Virus record (IMG/VR): IMGVR_UViG_3300047678_000169
Coordinates: 1-64,000 of that record
Length of the DNA stretch: 64,000 nucleotides
Reading direction: 5' to 3' (one strand)
Origin: a virus
The notes under the pieces are model-generated. The model was not told the DNA's origin and did no database searches. It was given only the letters and a program-made list of their open reading frames with translations. Made by a program: the position numbers and the translations under genes. Positions 48,556-57,218 of this stretch are shown here, piece by piece. Numbering within the stretch: the stretch's first letter is position 1; each line of letters begins with the position of its first letter.

Positions 48556-49221
48556 TTAAACTCTAGCCTTGTGCTCTCTAATTTCCCTCACGTTGGTCAT
48601 GAAGGGAACCCAAGAGGGGTGATGTGCAACGTCAATGGTAGAACTTAACGGAACACTCTTTGGAGAAACTGGCTTACGGATTAACTTTAAGCCAGCCTGG
48701 TCAGGAGTCTTGTCAGCCTTTTTAGAGTTGACGTTCTTCTCAGCCCAAACCATGTTTTCAAAGGTGTTCTTTCCACCCTGAGCACGAGGAATAACGTGGT
48801 CGATGTTACCTTCGCTCTTACCAATTAACTTTCCGGTGTATTGACACACTCCACCGTCACGGCGCCGAATAGCATCCTTGGTAGGGCGCGGAGTAATCAA
48901 AGGCATCTTAGAGAAATTGGTTTGAACAATGACACGAGGAGCACGGATTTCCATGTGGCCAGTGTGGATAACCAAATCGTAGGAACGAATCGGAAGCTTG
49001 ACCCACTCATCCCAAGTAACAGGGTTGGCGTAAATCATGTTGCTGTAATCAACTTCGCCGGTGGCGGCATCGACCTCAAACTCTTGGTCAATAGCCATCG
49101 CTGGCGGATTCTCACCGTCCTTTCCACCAAGCATTGCGACAAGGGCTTCCTTGACGTTCTTGGGTGAAATAGGTTGCCATAGTGCGTTTAACACTAAGAC
49201 TGGTTGATTTAATACGTTCAT
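48556..49221 (-). CDS. HNH endonuclease (McrA-like, VLVLN family)
   Basis: VLVLNA, RRDGGVCQYTG, IDHVIPRAQGG..ENMV, N..KAD.TP; own TTGACT promoter. Confidence 0.88.
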   Translation of the reverse strand: MNVLNQPVLVLNALWQPISPKNVKEALVAMLGGKDGENPPAMAIDQEFEVDAATGEVDYSNMIYANPVTWDEWVKLPIRSYDLVIHTGHMEIRAPRVIVQTNFSKMPLITPRPTKDAIRRRDGGVCQYTGKLIGKSEGNIDHVIPRAQGGKNTFENMVWAEKNVNSKKADKTPDQAGLKLIRKPVSPKSVPLSSTIDVAHHPSWVPFMTNVREIREHKARV

Positions 49222-49360
49222 AGATGTAACATTAGGTTGTTTTTATAAAAAGTCAAGGTTTAGTTTGTCTTTTATAAGTTGTTGATTTGCAACCACCTGT
49301 AAACTGGCTGAGTTTTAAATCGTCTGTCTAATACGCTTAAATGACTGACAATAAATATCA

Positions 49361-49933
49361 TCAGATATGCGGATTCTTCTCGACGATGTATTTTTCTGTT
49401 TTTCTTAGCAGATTGATAATGTCGGGAAGATTTGGTAACACTATCATTTCAATTCCCTTTGTATAAGAAAGCATAAGCTCGTAGATTTTAGCTTCGCTAT
49501 CATCTTGCATAACCGCTTTGTTTCCGTCTGTAGTGACAATTCTTTTTACTCCCTTTTGGAGTATCATTCTCAAACACCTGTGACATGGGCGGCCGGTGAC
49601 ATACATTGTGGAACCAACAATGTCTTGGAAACTACCATTGTATGCCAGCAGGCAATTTTCTTCTGCGTGAAGTAGGTGGGCATATTTGGCTGGTCGTTCC
49701 AATGGAATCAAAGAGTCATCAGAGCCTTTGATTGGACCGTTGTAGCCAGTAGATAACACCTTGTTTTCGGAACTGACAAGAACCGCTCCACATTTGGTGG
49801 ATGGGTCTGGACTACGTTGTGCCACTAAGAAGCACATCGTCAAAAAATAATCATCATACTCAATCTTATCACTCATACTGTTGTTTTTCTGTAATTGGAA
49901 GTTGGGAAAATGGAATAACAAATCTGGACTCAC
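49361..49933 (-). CDS. dCMP deaminase
   Basis: RSPDPSTKCGA, GYNG, HAEEN, PCHRC. Probable start MSDKI. Confidence 0.9.
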   Translation of the reverse strand: MSPDLLFHFPNFQLQKNNSMSDKIEYDDYFLTMCFLVAQRSPDPSTKCGAVLVSSENKVLSTGYNGPIKGSDDSLIPLERPAKYAHLLHAEENCLLAYNGSFQDIVGSTMYVTGRPCHRCLRMILQKGVKRIVTTDGNKAVMQDDSEAKIYELMLSYTKGIEMIVLPNLPDIINLLRKTEKYIVEKNPHI

Positions 49934-50116
49934 AGTGCCTACATGTTGCTAGGCCTGATTGATATACTCTAACCACCGAATCATTTTTGTTACATGAATC
50001 GCAATGCCATTTCTCTTTATCTCGCACCAAGTATAAGAAAGATGGGGTCGGCTTTTGGTGTGGGTATATTCCCACACACCAAAATGACGCTAGAGAGCAA
50101 ATTACGTTCATTAACA

Positions 50117-50143
50117 AAAAACCTCCGATTTTAAGCCGGAGGT
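50117..50143 (-). terminator. intrinsic terminator
   Basis: ACCTCCG-N9-CGGAGGT hairpin followed by a U run on the minus strand, after 50174-50380. Confidence 0.65.
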
Positions 50144-50173
50144 CTTCGGTGTTTAACCAAAAATTCGAGCTTA

Positions 50174-50380
50174 TTAGGCGAGAACCTTACGAAGTGTTGC
50201 AACTTGGCGTCCATCAAGACGAATCTTGGTGAATTCATTCGTCTCAGGATTTACTCCAGAGAGAGTGAGATAGGTTGCTTCGCTCTTCGTGTTTGCCTTC
50301 GATAGATAGGCAACGAAGTTTTCTTGATTAACGTAAACGGAAGTCTTGCGTCCGTTGTGGGTAGTGCGGGTCTTTGTCAT
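50174..50380 (-). CDS. small basic protein, monocistronic
   Basis: Own TTGACA promoter, AAGGA RBS and terminator. Confidence 0.7.
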   Translation of the reverse strand: MTKTRTTHNGRKTSVYVNQENFVAYLSKANTKSEATYLTLSGVNPETNEFTKIRLDGRQVATLRKVLA

Positions 50381-50408
50381 AGTATTTTTATTCCTTATAT
50401 TAGGAGTA

Positions 50409-51374
50409 TTAAGATGCCATTTTGTAACCGATAAGGCTGTTTGTCAACGTTTTTTCGTGTATAATAATCGCTTTCTCTTTACCTTTGAACTCAAACTCTA
50501 AGTGAAGCTTCTTTTTATACAGTCGATATTCCCAAGAATCTCTCCAAGGAGAAATGGCATGGGCGCGGGAAACTTTGTCCTTCTCATGGTCAGAATAATG
50601 AAATAAAGGAGTAATTTTTTTAGGCCAAGTAGAAACACAAACTTTAAGAGCGGTCATTGCATCGTATCCATCAGGATTTAAAGCATGATGGAGATTGTCA
50701 TAGGTGATAGGAATTTTTCTCTTGGAAAAAATGTAATTTTGAAGAGCCTTAACTGACCAACTATTTTTCTTGTCTTCATTTTCAAGAACCAAACGAAGTC
50801 TGACTGAATCTGGCAATGAATCGTATTCGTGAATGAATCTATCAGCAATTTTTTGAAGTGTTTCGTGTCCGCCACCCAAGAAGCAATTCAAATGAATGTT
50901 GATAGGAGCTTGGTAAGACCTTGGAAGTTCGAGTAAATCCATAATGAACCCATGTTGAATTAATTCACGGCGAGCCGACTCACGAACATGGTCTTTTTCG
51001 GAAGCTAAGACAACAAATTGGTCAGGATGCATACTACAACGCATATCGCTACCAATCATGAAATAACCAATAGATGCAGCAGCCTTCTTAATTTTATCAG
51101 CATCTTTCAAGTCCTCAAGTTGGTATTGAACTTGAGGATGGGTCATCAACGGAAACACGTTACTTCCAATTCTATAATTCCAACCGTGGTTAGAACAAGT
51201 CAAGATGTGCTGTTTGATAGCCTTCATGTTGGCTAGAGCTCGTTCTGACAATGCTTCCATTGCTTTTGCTTTGCCAAGTTTGACGTATTGTGAATACGTC
51301 ATGGTTTTAAACTTACACCCCTTATCTTGAAGGCCGGTGTGGATGCAGCAAAGAGACGGTTTATGTTGAATCAT
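50409..51374 (-). CDS. uvsE: UV damage endonuclease UvsE/UvdE
   Basis: YRIGS..FP, SMHPDQF, NIH, LVLENED, YDNLHH, FHYS, AH, EFKGKE. Confidence 0.88.
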   Translation of the reverse strand: MIQHKPSLCCIHTGLQDKGCKFKTMTYSQYVKLGKAKAMEALSERALANMKAIKQHILTCSNHGWNYRIGSNVFPLMTHPQVQYQLEDLKDADKIKKAAASIGYFMIGSDMRCSMHPDQFVVLASEKDHVRESARRELIQHGFIMDLLELPRSYQAPINIHLNCFLGGGHETLQKIADRFIHEYDSLPDSVRLRLVLENEDKKNSWSVKALQNYIFSKRKIPITYDNLHHALNPDGYDAMTALKVCVSTWPKKITPLFHYSDHEKDKVSRAHAISPWRDSWEYRLYKKKLHLEFEFKGKEKAIIIHEKTLTNSLIGYKMAS

Positions 51375-51404
51375 TGTTACATATTATAGTAACAATCATT
51401 CGTG

Positions 51405-52457
51405 TCAACGCATTTTTCTTCTTATAAAAACAAACCCAATGGACACGGCTATAAAAATAGCTCCATAGGTTGAAGGTTCTGGCACCGGACGAGAAACTTG
51501 TGCTCCAAATCCCATAAAATCCATGTTTCCATACCCAGCAGAATCGGTATTTGTTGGATAGTAGGTGGCATTGTTCCAATTGACCAATTGTGTTCCCGTT
51601 GTAGCAGTAACATCACCAGCCATCAGTGAATATCCGTAAATAGTTTGTCCAGGACTCAATCCTAAATCTGCCATACGAATCAAAATACCCACAAGATATA
51701 AATCGTTTGCTCCCAAGGTTCCTGAATTCGTATCCACTGTTGCTACTGTTTGATTTGTATTGTTTGTGGGGCTTGTGTAAAGATTGTCTCCAAACGTTGT
51801 GGTTGAACGAAGATATGTTCCATTGGTTCCGTCAGGCGTTCCCACAGGCCCACCAAATGAATCGGATGCAACTAACAATCCACTGTTGGCATATGCAGTT
51901 GGTGTTCCTGCTCCATCAACTGATGTATAAGCTGCGATGCGGAAGCCGTCGCCGAAGTTATTTTGGTTTTCCAAATCAAAAAATACCAATGCATCGTTGG
52001 CTTGAACAGTATATCCCCCACTAAAATAAAAATCCATTCTTTCAATGTTGGTGTTCTGTGCGCTGGTTCCGTTTGCAAATGGATTTCTGATTCCTTGGCT
52101 TAAATCACCACTCAACATAACTTCTGAAAGAGTTGGAGTTGTATCTCCAGCTCCTATAACTTGATTGGGGGAACCGAGAGAGTTGTATTGATAAAATACC
52201 GTAGAGTTATTTGGGCTTGTTGTTCCCGTGTTTCTTCTGAAAAATACATTGTCGGCGACCGGACCAGTAAATTGATAATCTCCTAGTGTCGTATTGATTG
52301 TCGATACTACTGAAGTCTGATTCAAGTATCTAATTTCATCGACGTTTCTGTTGGCTCCATTTGATGAAACGCCATACGTCACACTGTTGACTGCCACTTG
52401 TCCGAAGCAAGATGACACCAATAATAGGAGAAAAATGAGTTTTTTGTAGGGGTTCAT
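51405..52457 (-). CDS. PEP-CTERM (exosortase-targeted) surface protein
   Basis: Signal peptide, T/N/G/S-rich body, C-terminal PVPEPSTYGAIFIAVSIGFVFIRRKMR. Confidence 0.9.
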   Translation of the reverse strand: MNPYKKLIFLLLLVSSCFGQVAVNSVTYGVSSNGANRNVDEIRYLNQTSVVSTINTTLGDYQFTGPVADNVFFRRNTGTTSPNNSTVFYQYNSLGSPNQVIGAGDTTPTLSEVMLSGDLSQGIRNPFANGTSAQNTNIERMDFYFSGGYTVQANDALVFFDLENQNNFGDGFRIAAYTSVDGAGTPTAYANSGLLVASDSFGGPVGTPDGTNGTYLRSTTTFGDNLYTSPTNNTNQTVATVDTNSGTLGANDLYLVGILIRMADLGLSPGQTIYGYSLMAGDVTATTGTQLVNWNNATYYPTNTDSAGYGNMDFMGFGAQVSRPVPEPSTYGAIFIAVSIGFVFIRRKMR

Positions 52458-52472
52458 ACCTATAAGTATTGT

Positions 52473-53291
52473 TTAGGGTATAATAAATCCACTTGGGTCG
52501 TATTTACAAGGAGCTTTTATCCATTTTTCACAATACACATCCTTTGGGTCAGCGTGGACCAGTAATTCTGGCCCAAACCAAACTTCTGGAGCTATTACAA
52601 CCTTATTTGGATTGTCTGATAGCCACGCTCCCCACCAAGTAAATGTAGAATTAGATATAGCAAAATGATGACACAAAGATAACAGCCACAAAGCCTCATG
52701 TCGAATGTAATCCACATAAACTACGTTAGAAAAATGTAAATTTTGTTTACACCATTCAACATCGTCACTCACAATAAAAATGAAATCACTCTGAGGCAAC
52801 ATTTCTTTGACCATGTAAAGGTAATCCTTTGATACAACAGGATGCCTGTTTGGAAATGTTAAGAAATCTCCTCTTCTGACAACGATGGCGGATGTGATTC
52901 CTTGTTTTAGTTGGGGATATTCTTGATACACTTTGGTTAAAAACTCTTCCGTAGGACCGTAGAGAGATTTTATCTCATTGGCATACTCTTTGAAAAATTT
53001 TTCGCTTTCAAAGTATCCCCTAAATACCGTGGGTTTTGTATCGTGTGGAGTCAACAACGTATAATGATGTGGGCTTTGAATGTAATGATATGAGTCGTCA
53101 TTTTCTGGAGACCTATCAATGGTAAATTCAAGTTTCCTAAACACTGTAGAGTAATAATCGCTTACAGATGTATCATGTTTTGGTAAAATCAACTGTCGAT
53201 TGTGACGAATTGATTGGGCATAGACATTTGCAATTTGAAACATCTGGTTTCCAAGTCTTCCTGTCATTCTACATGTTACAAAGTTGTTCAC
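52473..53291 (-). CDS. GT11 alpha-1,2-fucosyltransferase-like protein
   Basis: GRLGNQMFQ, GYFES, VRRGDF, SDD..WC, NSTFTWWGA. Confidence 0.88.
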   Translation of the reverse strand: MNNFVTCRMTGRLGNQMFQIANVYAQSIRHNRQLILPKHDTSVSDYYSTVFRKLEFTIDRSPENDDSYHYIQSPHHYTLLTPHDTKPTVFRGYFESEKFFKEYANEIKSLYGPTEEFLTKVYQEYPQLKQGITSAIVVRRGDFLTFPNRHPVVSKDYLYMVKEMLPQSDFIFIVSDDVEWCKQNLHFSNVVYVDYIRHEALWLLSLCHHFAISNSTFTWWGAWLSDNPNKVVIAPEVWFGPELLVHADPKDVYCEKWIKAPCKYDPSGFIIP

Positions 53292-53953
53292 ACTATTCTA
53301 AATTTGTTATAAGAGCCATTCCATATATCGTGGGTAATAGCGTTTCCCGTTATATCAATATCAGATTCTCCTTCACGTTGAATTACTGACATAGGATGGA
53401 CAAAGTATTTATTGAAATAGGTTCTATCACCAATCCATCCATCATAGATACAATCAGTGTATGGTCTAAAAGTCAATAATTCATCGATACATTTACTGTT
53501 TATTCCTACAGCATGGAACGTTAAAACAATGTTCGGCTTCAAAAGATTTTCAGACACTCTTTTTACTTCTCCGTCTATTATCAATCCTCCAAAATAAAGA
53601 AAATCCCAATCTGGAAATTCTGAAATTTGGTCTAATGCTTTTTCTACATTTTCAAGACCATTTTCACAAAACATCATGTCATCTTCACAGACCAACACTC
53701 TGTCATAGCCTTCTTCTTTTATCTTTAAAAATGTGTTGTGAAAGGCTTTGCTACAGCAATCTCCTTTCCAAACTGTTTCATTTTCGCTTGGCTTGTTTTC
53801 TTTCGCTGTTTCTATATCATCTACACCTGGAATTCTTTCAAAGAAAGAAGAGAGGCCAATTCTTGAAACTTCATTTTCAAATAGCTTCTTTCTTTCTGGT
53901 CTCTTATCAAGATTTATGTAATATCCCTTTTGAAAAAACTCGTCAATCTTCAC
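53288..53953 (-). CDS. GT25 glycosyltransferase
   Basis: YYINLDKRPER, RIPGVD, VCEDD, WDFLYFGG. Confidence 0.85.
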   Translation of the reverse strand: MKIDEFFQKGYYINLDKRPERKKLFENEVSRIGLSSFFERIPGVDDIETAKENKPSENETVWKGDCCSKAFHNTFLKIKEEGYDRVLVCEDDMMFCENGLENVEKALDQISEFPDWDFLYFGGLIIDGEVKRVSENLLKPNIVLTFHAVGINSKCIDELLTFRPYTDCIYDGWIGDRTYFNKYFVHPMSVIQREGESDIDITGNAITHDIWNGSYNKFRIV

Positions 53954-53960
53954 TGTAAAT

Positions 53961-54365
53961 TGGTGGACCTGCGGGGAGTTGAACCCCGGTGTTTCATAAA
54001 TTGCTCATCAGACATATACAAGCGTTAACACGGTGGATATGATTGTGGTTAGTAGTGTGCTCCACAAAAATTAGAGTCAGTAGTTTCTTCGTTGTTACAG
54101 TCTCACTTTCTCACAACGAACATATCAGCAGAGGTTGACGTATTGACCCACTTATCTGCGTGGTGGAATACGGACTGCTCAGTTTATTAAGCAGCGACAG
54201 CCATAGCGGCTCCAACGTTCTTCGCCTTGCGGAGAAGTGTTAGAACATTTAGCTTAGCAAGATTTCTCTTAGCATTTAGTTTTTGTAATCAGGATTATGC
54301 AGGATGTTTACCACCTGCGCTTGCGTTCCGAGCTCAACCCATAAAGTCGAATCCTGGACAGGCCC
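53961..54365 (-). ncRNA. ssrA: tmRNA
   Basis: 5' GGGCCTG..GGATTCGAC pairs with 3' CAGGTCC-ACCA (G3:U70); T-arm GGGGTTCAACTCCCC; tag ORF 54273-54187 AKRNLAKLNVLTLLRKAKNVGAAMAVAA followed by TAA TAA. Confidence 0.95.
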
Positions 54366-54372
54366 AAAAATA

Positions 54373-54549
54373 AACAGACGGTAGATGTGTGTGGCTTTCC
54401 AGTTCGGCGGAGGCTTCCTATTCCGTGACTTCGGGTTTTGTTCAAAAAGAACTTTCCTACTATTGTGTCGTTGGAAAACGCTACGTATAACATAAGTGGC
54501 AGTGTAATCTCTACTCATATCTGCTCCGTTAGGAGTTTATCCGTCTGCT
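54373..54549 (-). ncRNA. unidentified structured RNA (177 nt)
   Basis: Terminal 9-bp helix AGCAGACGG/CCGUCUGUU and several internal hairpins; lies between a promoter and the tmRNA. Confidence 0.6.
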
Positions 54550-54617
54550 ATAAAATTGTTTAGTATCAAAGAACTGTCTATAAATATAGTCCGTTTTATT
54601 GATAAGTCAACTATATT

Positions 54618-55991
54618 TTATCTATCCGATTCAATATAAATTCTATTAACATCTATCCCAACGGTTCCGACGGTCGTATTTGTAGCGCCGTTTCCTATTA
54701 CTACCTGAGGACCAAGAAATACCGTGGATGTTGGGAGATTGTTTGTTATACTCGAATTTATCAACGTTGTCGCAAGAGAACCAGAACCATTGTCTTGCAT
54801 ATCTACTCTGAAATAAACTGTTGAATCATTTGGTTTTGCATACATATAAACGTCAAAGACACTTCCTCCGTTGATGACCGAGCCACTTATTGCTGTCGAA
54901 TAAGTTCCTACGGTATCTCTCGAAATAAATGATAGAGAACTTCCCGAATCAAATGAAGCTTTCCACAATCCGATTGTGTTATTTTGCATTGTATCTGACG
55001 ATACTACTTCTGCAGTTCCGGGAGTCATACCACAAAAAATTCTAGAACCGGATGCCCAAGCAGCAATTCCAAATCTAGCGAAGAAAAACCAGCCACCCAA
55101 ACCAGAAGAATTTCCTCTCCAAAATTGAGGGCTTCCGGCGGCCGTGCAAATTATTCCCATTGATTGATTTTGTGTCGTGGCCGCATTGACATGCCTTGTT
55201 CTTTTTAGAGAATTCAATAAAACAGGAACAGTAGATGTTGGCGTCGGTGTAGATACTGTTCCTGCGCTTCCGCCTTTTGCCCATGTTGTTCCAAAACCAA
55301 GAGTGACGGTAGTTCCACTTGAGGGTGTATAAAATATTTGTGTGTTTCCAAATAATGCTGGTTGAAATGGAGTGTCGATTCCTGATGGACCGACCCATTT
55401 TGGCAACATTCTTCCTGAAACATTTTTTGAATATATTCTTAAGTTATTAGAAGATGAACCTGCCGGCTCATTTGTTATTCCATTCAATATTATACTTGTG
55501 TCAGTTCCATTTAATCCGAATTCATTGGCACTTTTATCCCAAGTGATATTAGAATCTCCACCGATTATATTTCCTCCGTCATTAAATTGAATGGATTTAT
55601 CTGTTCCCGATGCAATTAATCCCATTCCTGTCAAAACATTTCCATTTGAATCAAGAACATTCCATCCAGAATCCCATACAAATTGCATTGTATATCCACC
55701 CAAAAGATTTATTTTAATTAATTCTACCGATGTAGTTCCGTCAAAATGTTGAGCTGTAATCACGTTTGGACCGGTTGATGTATTTCTAATACTGATAAAT
55801 TTGGCCTGTCTTTGCGTCGACCCGGCTGGCGACCCGATTATAGTTGTTGTGGTTGCTGACGAAACAATAGTATTTGTTCTTCCGGGAGTGAACGTTGATG
55901 TAGTTTGGTCGGCCCAGCTTGCTTGGATATTAATACTAGCCGTGGTTGTGGTGACTATTCTGATAATGTCTGATGTGGATGTTAGTAACAT
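54618..55991 (-). CDS. putative virion structural/fibre protein
   Basis: S/T/G-rich beta-type sequence; SGTDKSIQFNDGG fibre motif; structural cluster context. Confidence 0.6.
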   Translation of the reverse strand: MLLTSTSDIIRIVTTTTASINIQASWADQTTSTFTPGRTNTIVSSATTTTIIGSPAGSTQRQAKFISIRNTSTGPNVITAQHFDGTTSVELIKINLLGGYTMQFVWDSGWNVLDSNGNVLTGMGLIASGTDKSIQFNDGGNIIGGDSNITWDKSANEFGLNGTDTSIILNGITNEPAGSSSNNLRIYSKNVSGRMLPKWVGPSGIDTPFQPALFGNTQIFYTPSSGTTVTLGFGTTWAKGGSAGTVSTPTPTSTVPVLLNSLKRTRHVNAATTQNQSMGIICTAAGSPQFWRGNSSGLGGWFFFARFGIAAWASGSRIFCGMTPGTAEVVSSDTMQNNTIGLWKASFDSGSSLSFISRDTVGTYSTAISGSVINGGSVFDVYMYAKPNDSTVYFRVDMQDNGSGSLATTLINSSITNNLPTSTVFLGPQVVIGNGATNTTVGTVGIDVNRIYIESDR

Positions 55992-56003
55992 ATGTTAATC
56001 TTT

Positions 56004-57218
56004 TTAAAAACCTATTGATGTGATTGAAAATACTTGTGCCTGACTTAGGCCGCTTCCCACCGCAGCGGGAGCCCACGATGCAGATACCGCGAATGACGCG
56101 GTGGCTTGAATACTGGAACTTAAAGACAAATTTATCGTAGCATTGGTAGTAGGATTAGTTACGCTGGCTATAATTCCACTGGCCGATACAATTGATATAG
56201 AAGATACTCCACCACCTACACCACCAGGTGCCCAAGACGCACTGACAGCAAACTGAGACCACGATGCAGTTCCAAACAGTGAGCCGGTGATTTGTGGACT
56301 GTTAACAATTGAAGAAGTTATCTGCGTGCTGTTAAACGAACTTGATAGAGCTACGAGCCTGTTTGAAAATGAAGCAGAGGTTGTTGCTACTGCTATATTT
56401 GTTACTGTGAAAGATGAACTTAATGGTGCTATCGAAGCACTCAAAGCCTGCAATGAACCGGATACAATTATTAGGCTTGAGCTTACTGGTATAACTGAGG
56501 AGCTGTTCGTGTTTACGACTGTGGTTAGAGCCACGACAGTTGTAGTAAACGATGAACTTGTTGCCGTGGCGCTTGTAGAAAATGAACTTGATAGCGTTCC
56601 AAGTCTCGTTGAGAAGGATGCTGATGAAACGACGAAAGAAGATGATACGGCAGTTAGCGACGTATTGGTTGCGACATTTGTAACAGTCAACGAAGAGCTT
56701 AATGGTGCAATCGATGCGCTTAGAGCTTGCAATGAACCAGAAAAAATAATCAAACTGGAACTGACAGGAATTAACGACGAACTGTTTGTGTTGACAGTAG
56801 AAGTCAAGGCTACAATAGTCGTCGTCAAAGATGAACTTAGTGGAGCAATTGATGCACTTAGAGACTGAAGCGAGCTTGAGATTACAATCAAACTCGAGCT
56901 AACAGGAATCAACGAAGAGCTATTCGTGCTGACCGTTGATGTGAGGGATACAATTGTCGTAGTAAATGAAGAGCTGTTCGTGGTATCCGATGTTGCGAAT
57001 GATGAAGAATATGTCAGTGCGTTTAAGGCGAACGATGCCGTTGTTGCCATAGACGATGTTCCAAAGCCAGGAGTTATTCCCGCTGCCGATTCCGCCTGCA
57101 CTCTTAATTGATTGTTTGCATCTAAAAATAAGCTAGACGTTGTTACGCCATCTGCGTTCATCAACGAGAGAACCGGGCCGTTTTTTTGGTCAAATAGAAT
57201 TTCTGAAATATTGCTCAT
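56004..57218 (-). CDS. Ser/Thr-rich repetitive fibre protein
   Basis: Repeats NSSSLIPVSSSLI..SL.ALSASIAPLSSS and ITGSLFGTASW; TACTTATA upstream. Confidence 0.65.
   Translation of the reverse strand: MSNISEILFDQKNGPVLSLMNADGVTTSSLFLDANNQLRVQAESAAGITPGFGTSSMATTASFALNALTYSSSFATSDTTNSSSFTTTIVSLTSTVSTNSSSLIPVSSSLIVISSSLQSLSASIAPLSSSLTTTIVALTSTVNTNSSSLIPVSSSLIIFSGSLQALSASIAPLSSSLTVTNVATNTSLTAVSSSFVVSSASFSTRLGTLSSSFSTSATATSSSFTTTVVALTTVVNTNSSSVIPVSSSLIIVSGSLQALSASIAPLSSSFTVTNIAVATTSASFSNRLVALSSSFNSTQITSSIVNSPQITGSLFGTASWSQFAVSASWAPGGVGGGVSSISIVSASGIIASVTNPTTNATINLSLSSSIQATASFAVSASWAPAAVGSGLSQAQVFSITSIGF

Noticed and set aside
54276-54518. Track ORFs of 80 and 61 aa on the minus strand
   Set aside because: They run across the tmRNA 5' end and the structured RNA, with no recognisable protein features.
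54373-54549. RNase P RNA, SRP RNA or 6S RNA
   Set aside because: AGGAAAGU resembles the RNase P P4 5' strand, but no complementary 3' strand is present; no SRP helix-8 motif; no continuous rod with a central bubble found by eye.
56287-56868. Plus-strand ORFs opposite long genes (also 2921, 9189, 19129, 25720, 36212 and others)
   Set aside because: Antisense shadows of well-supported minus-strand genes.
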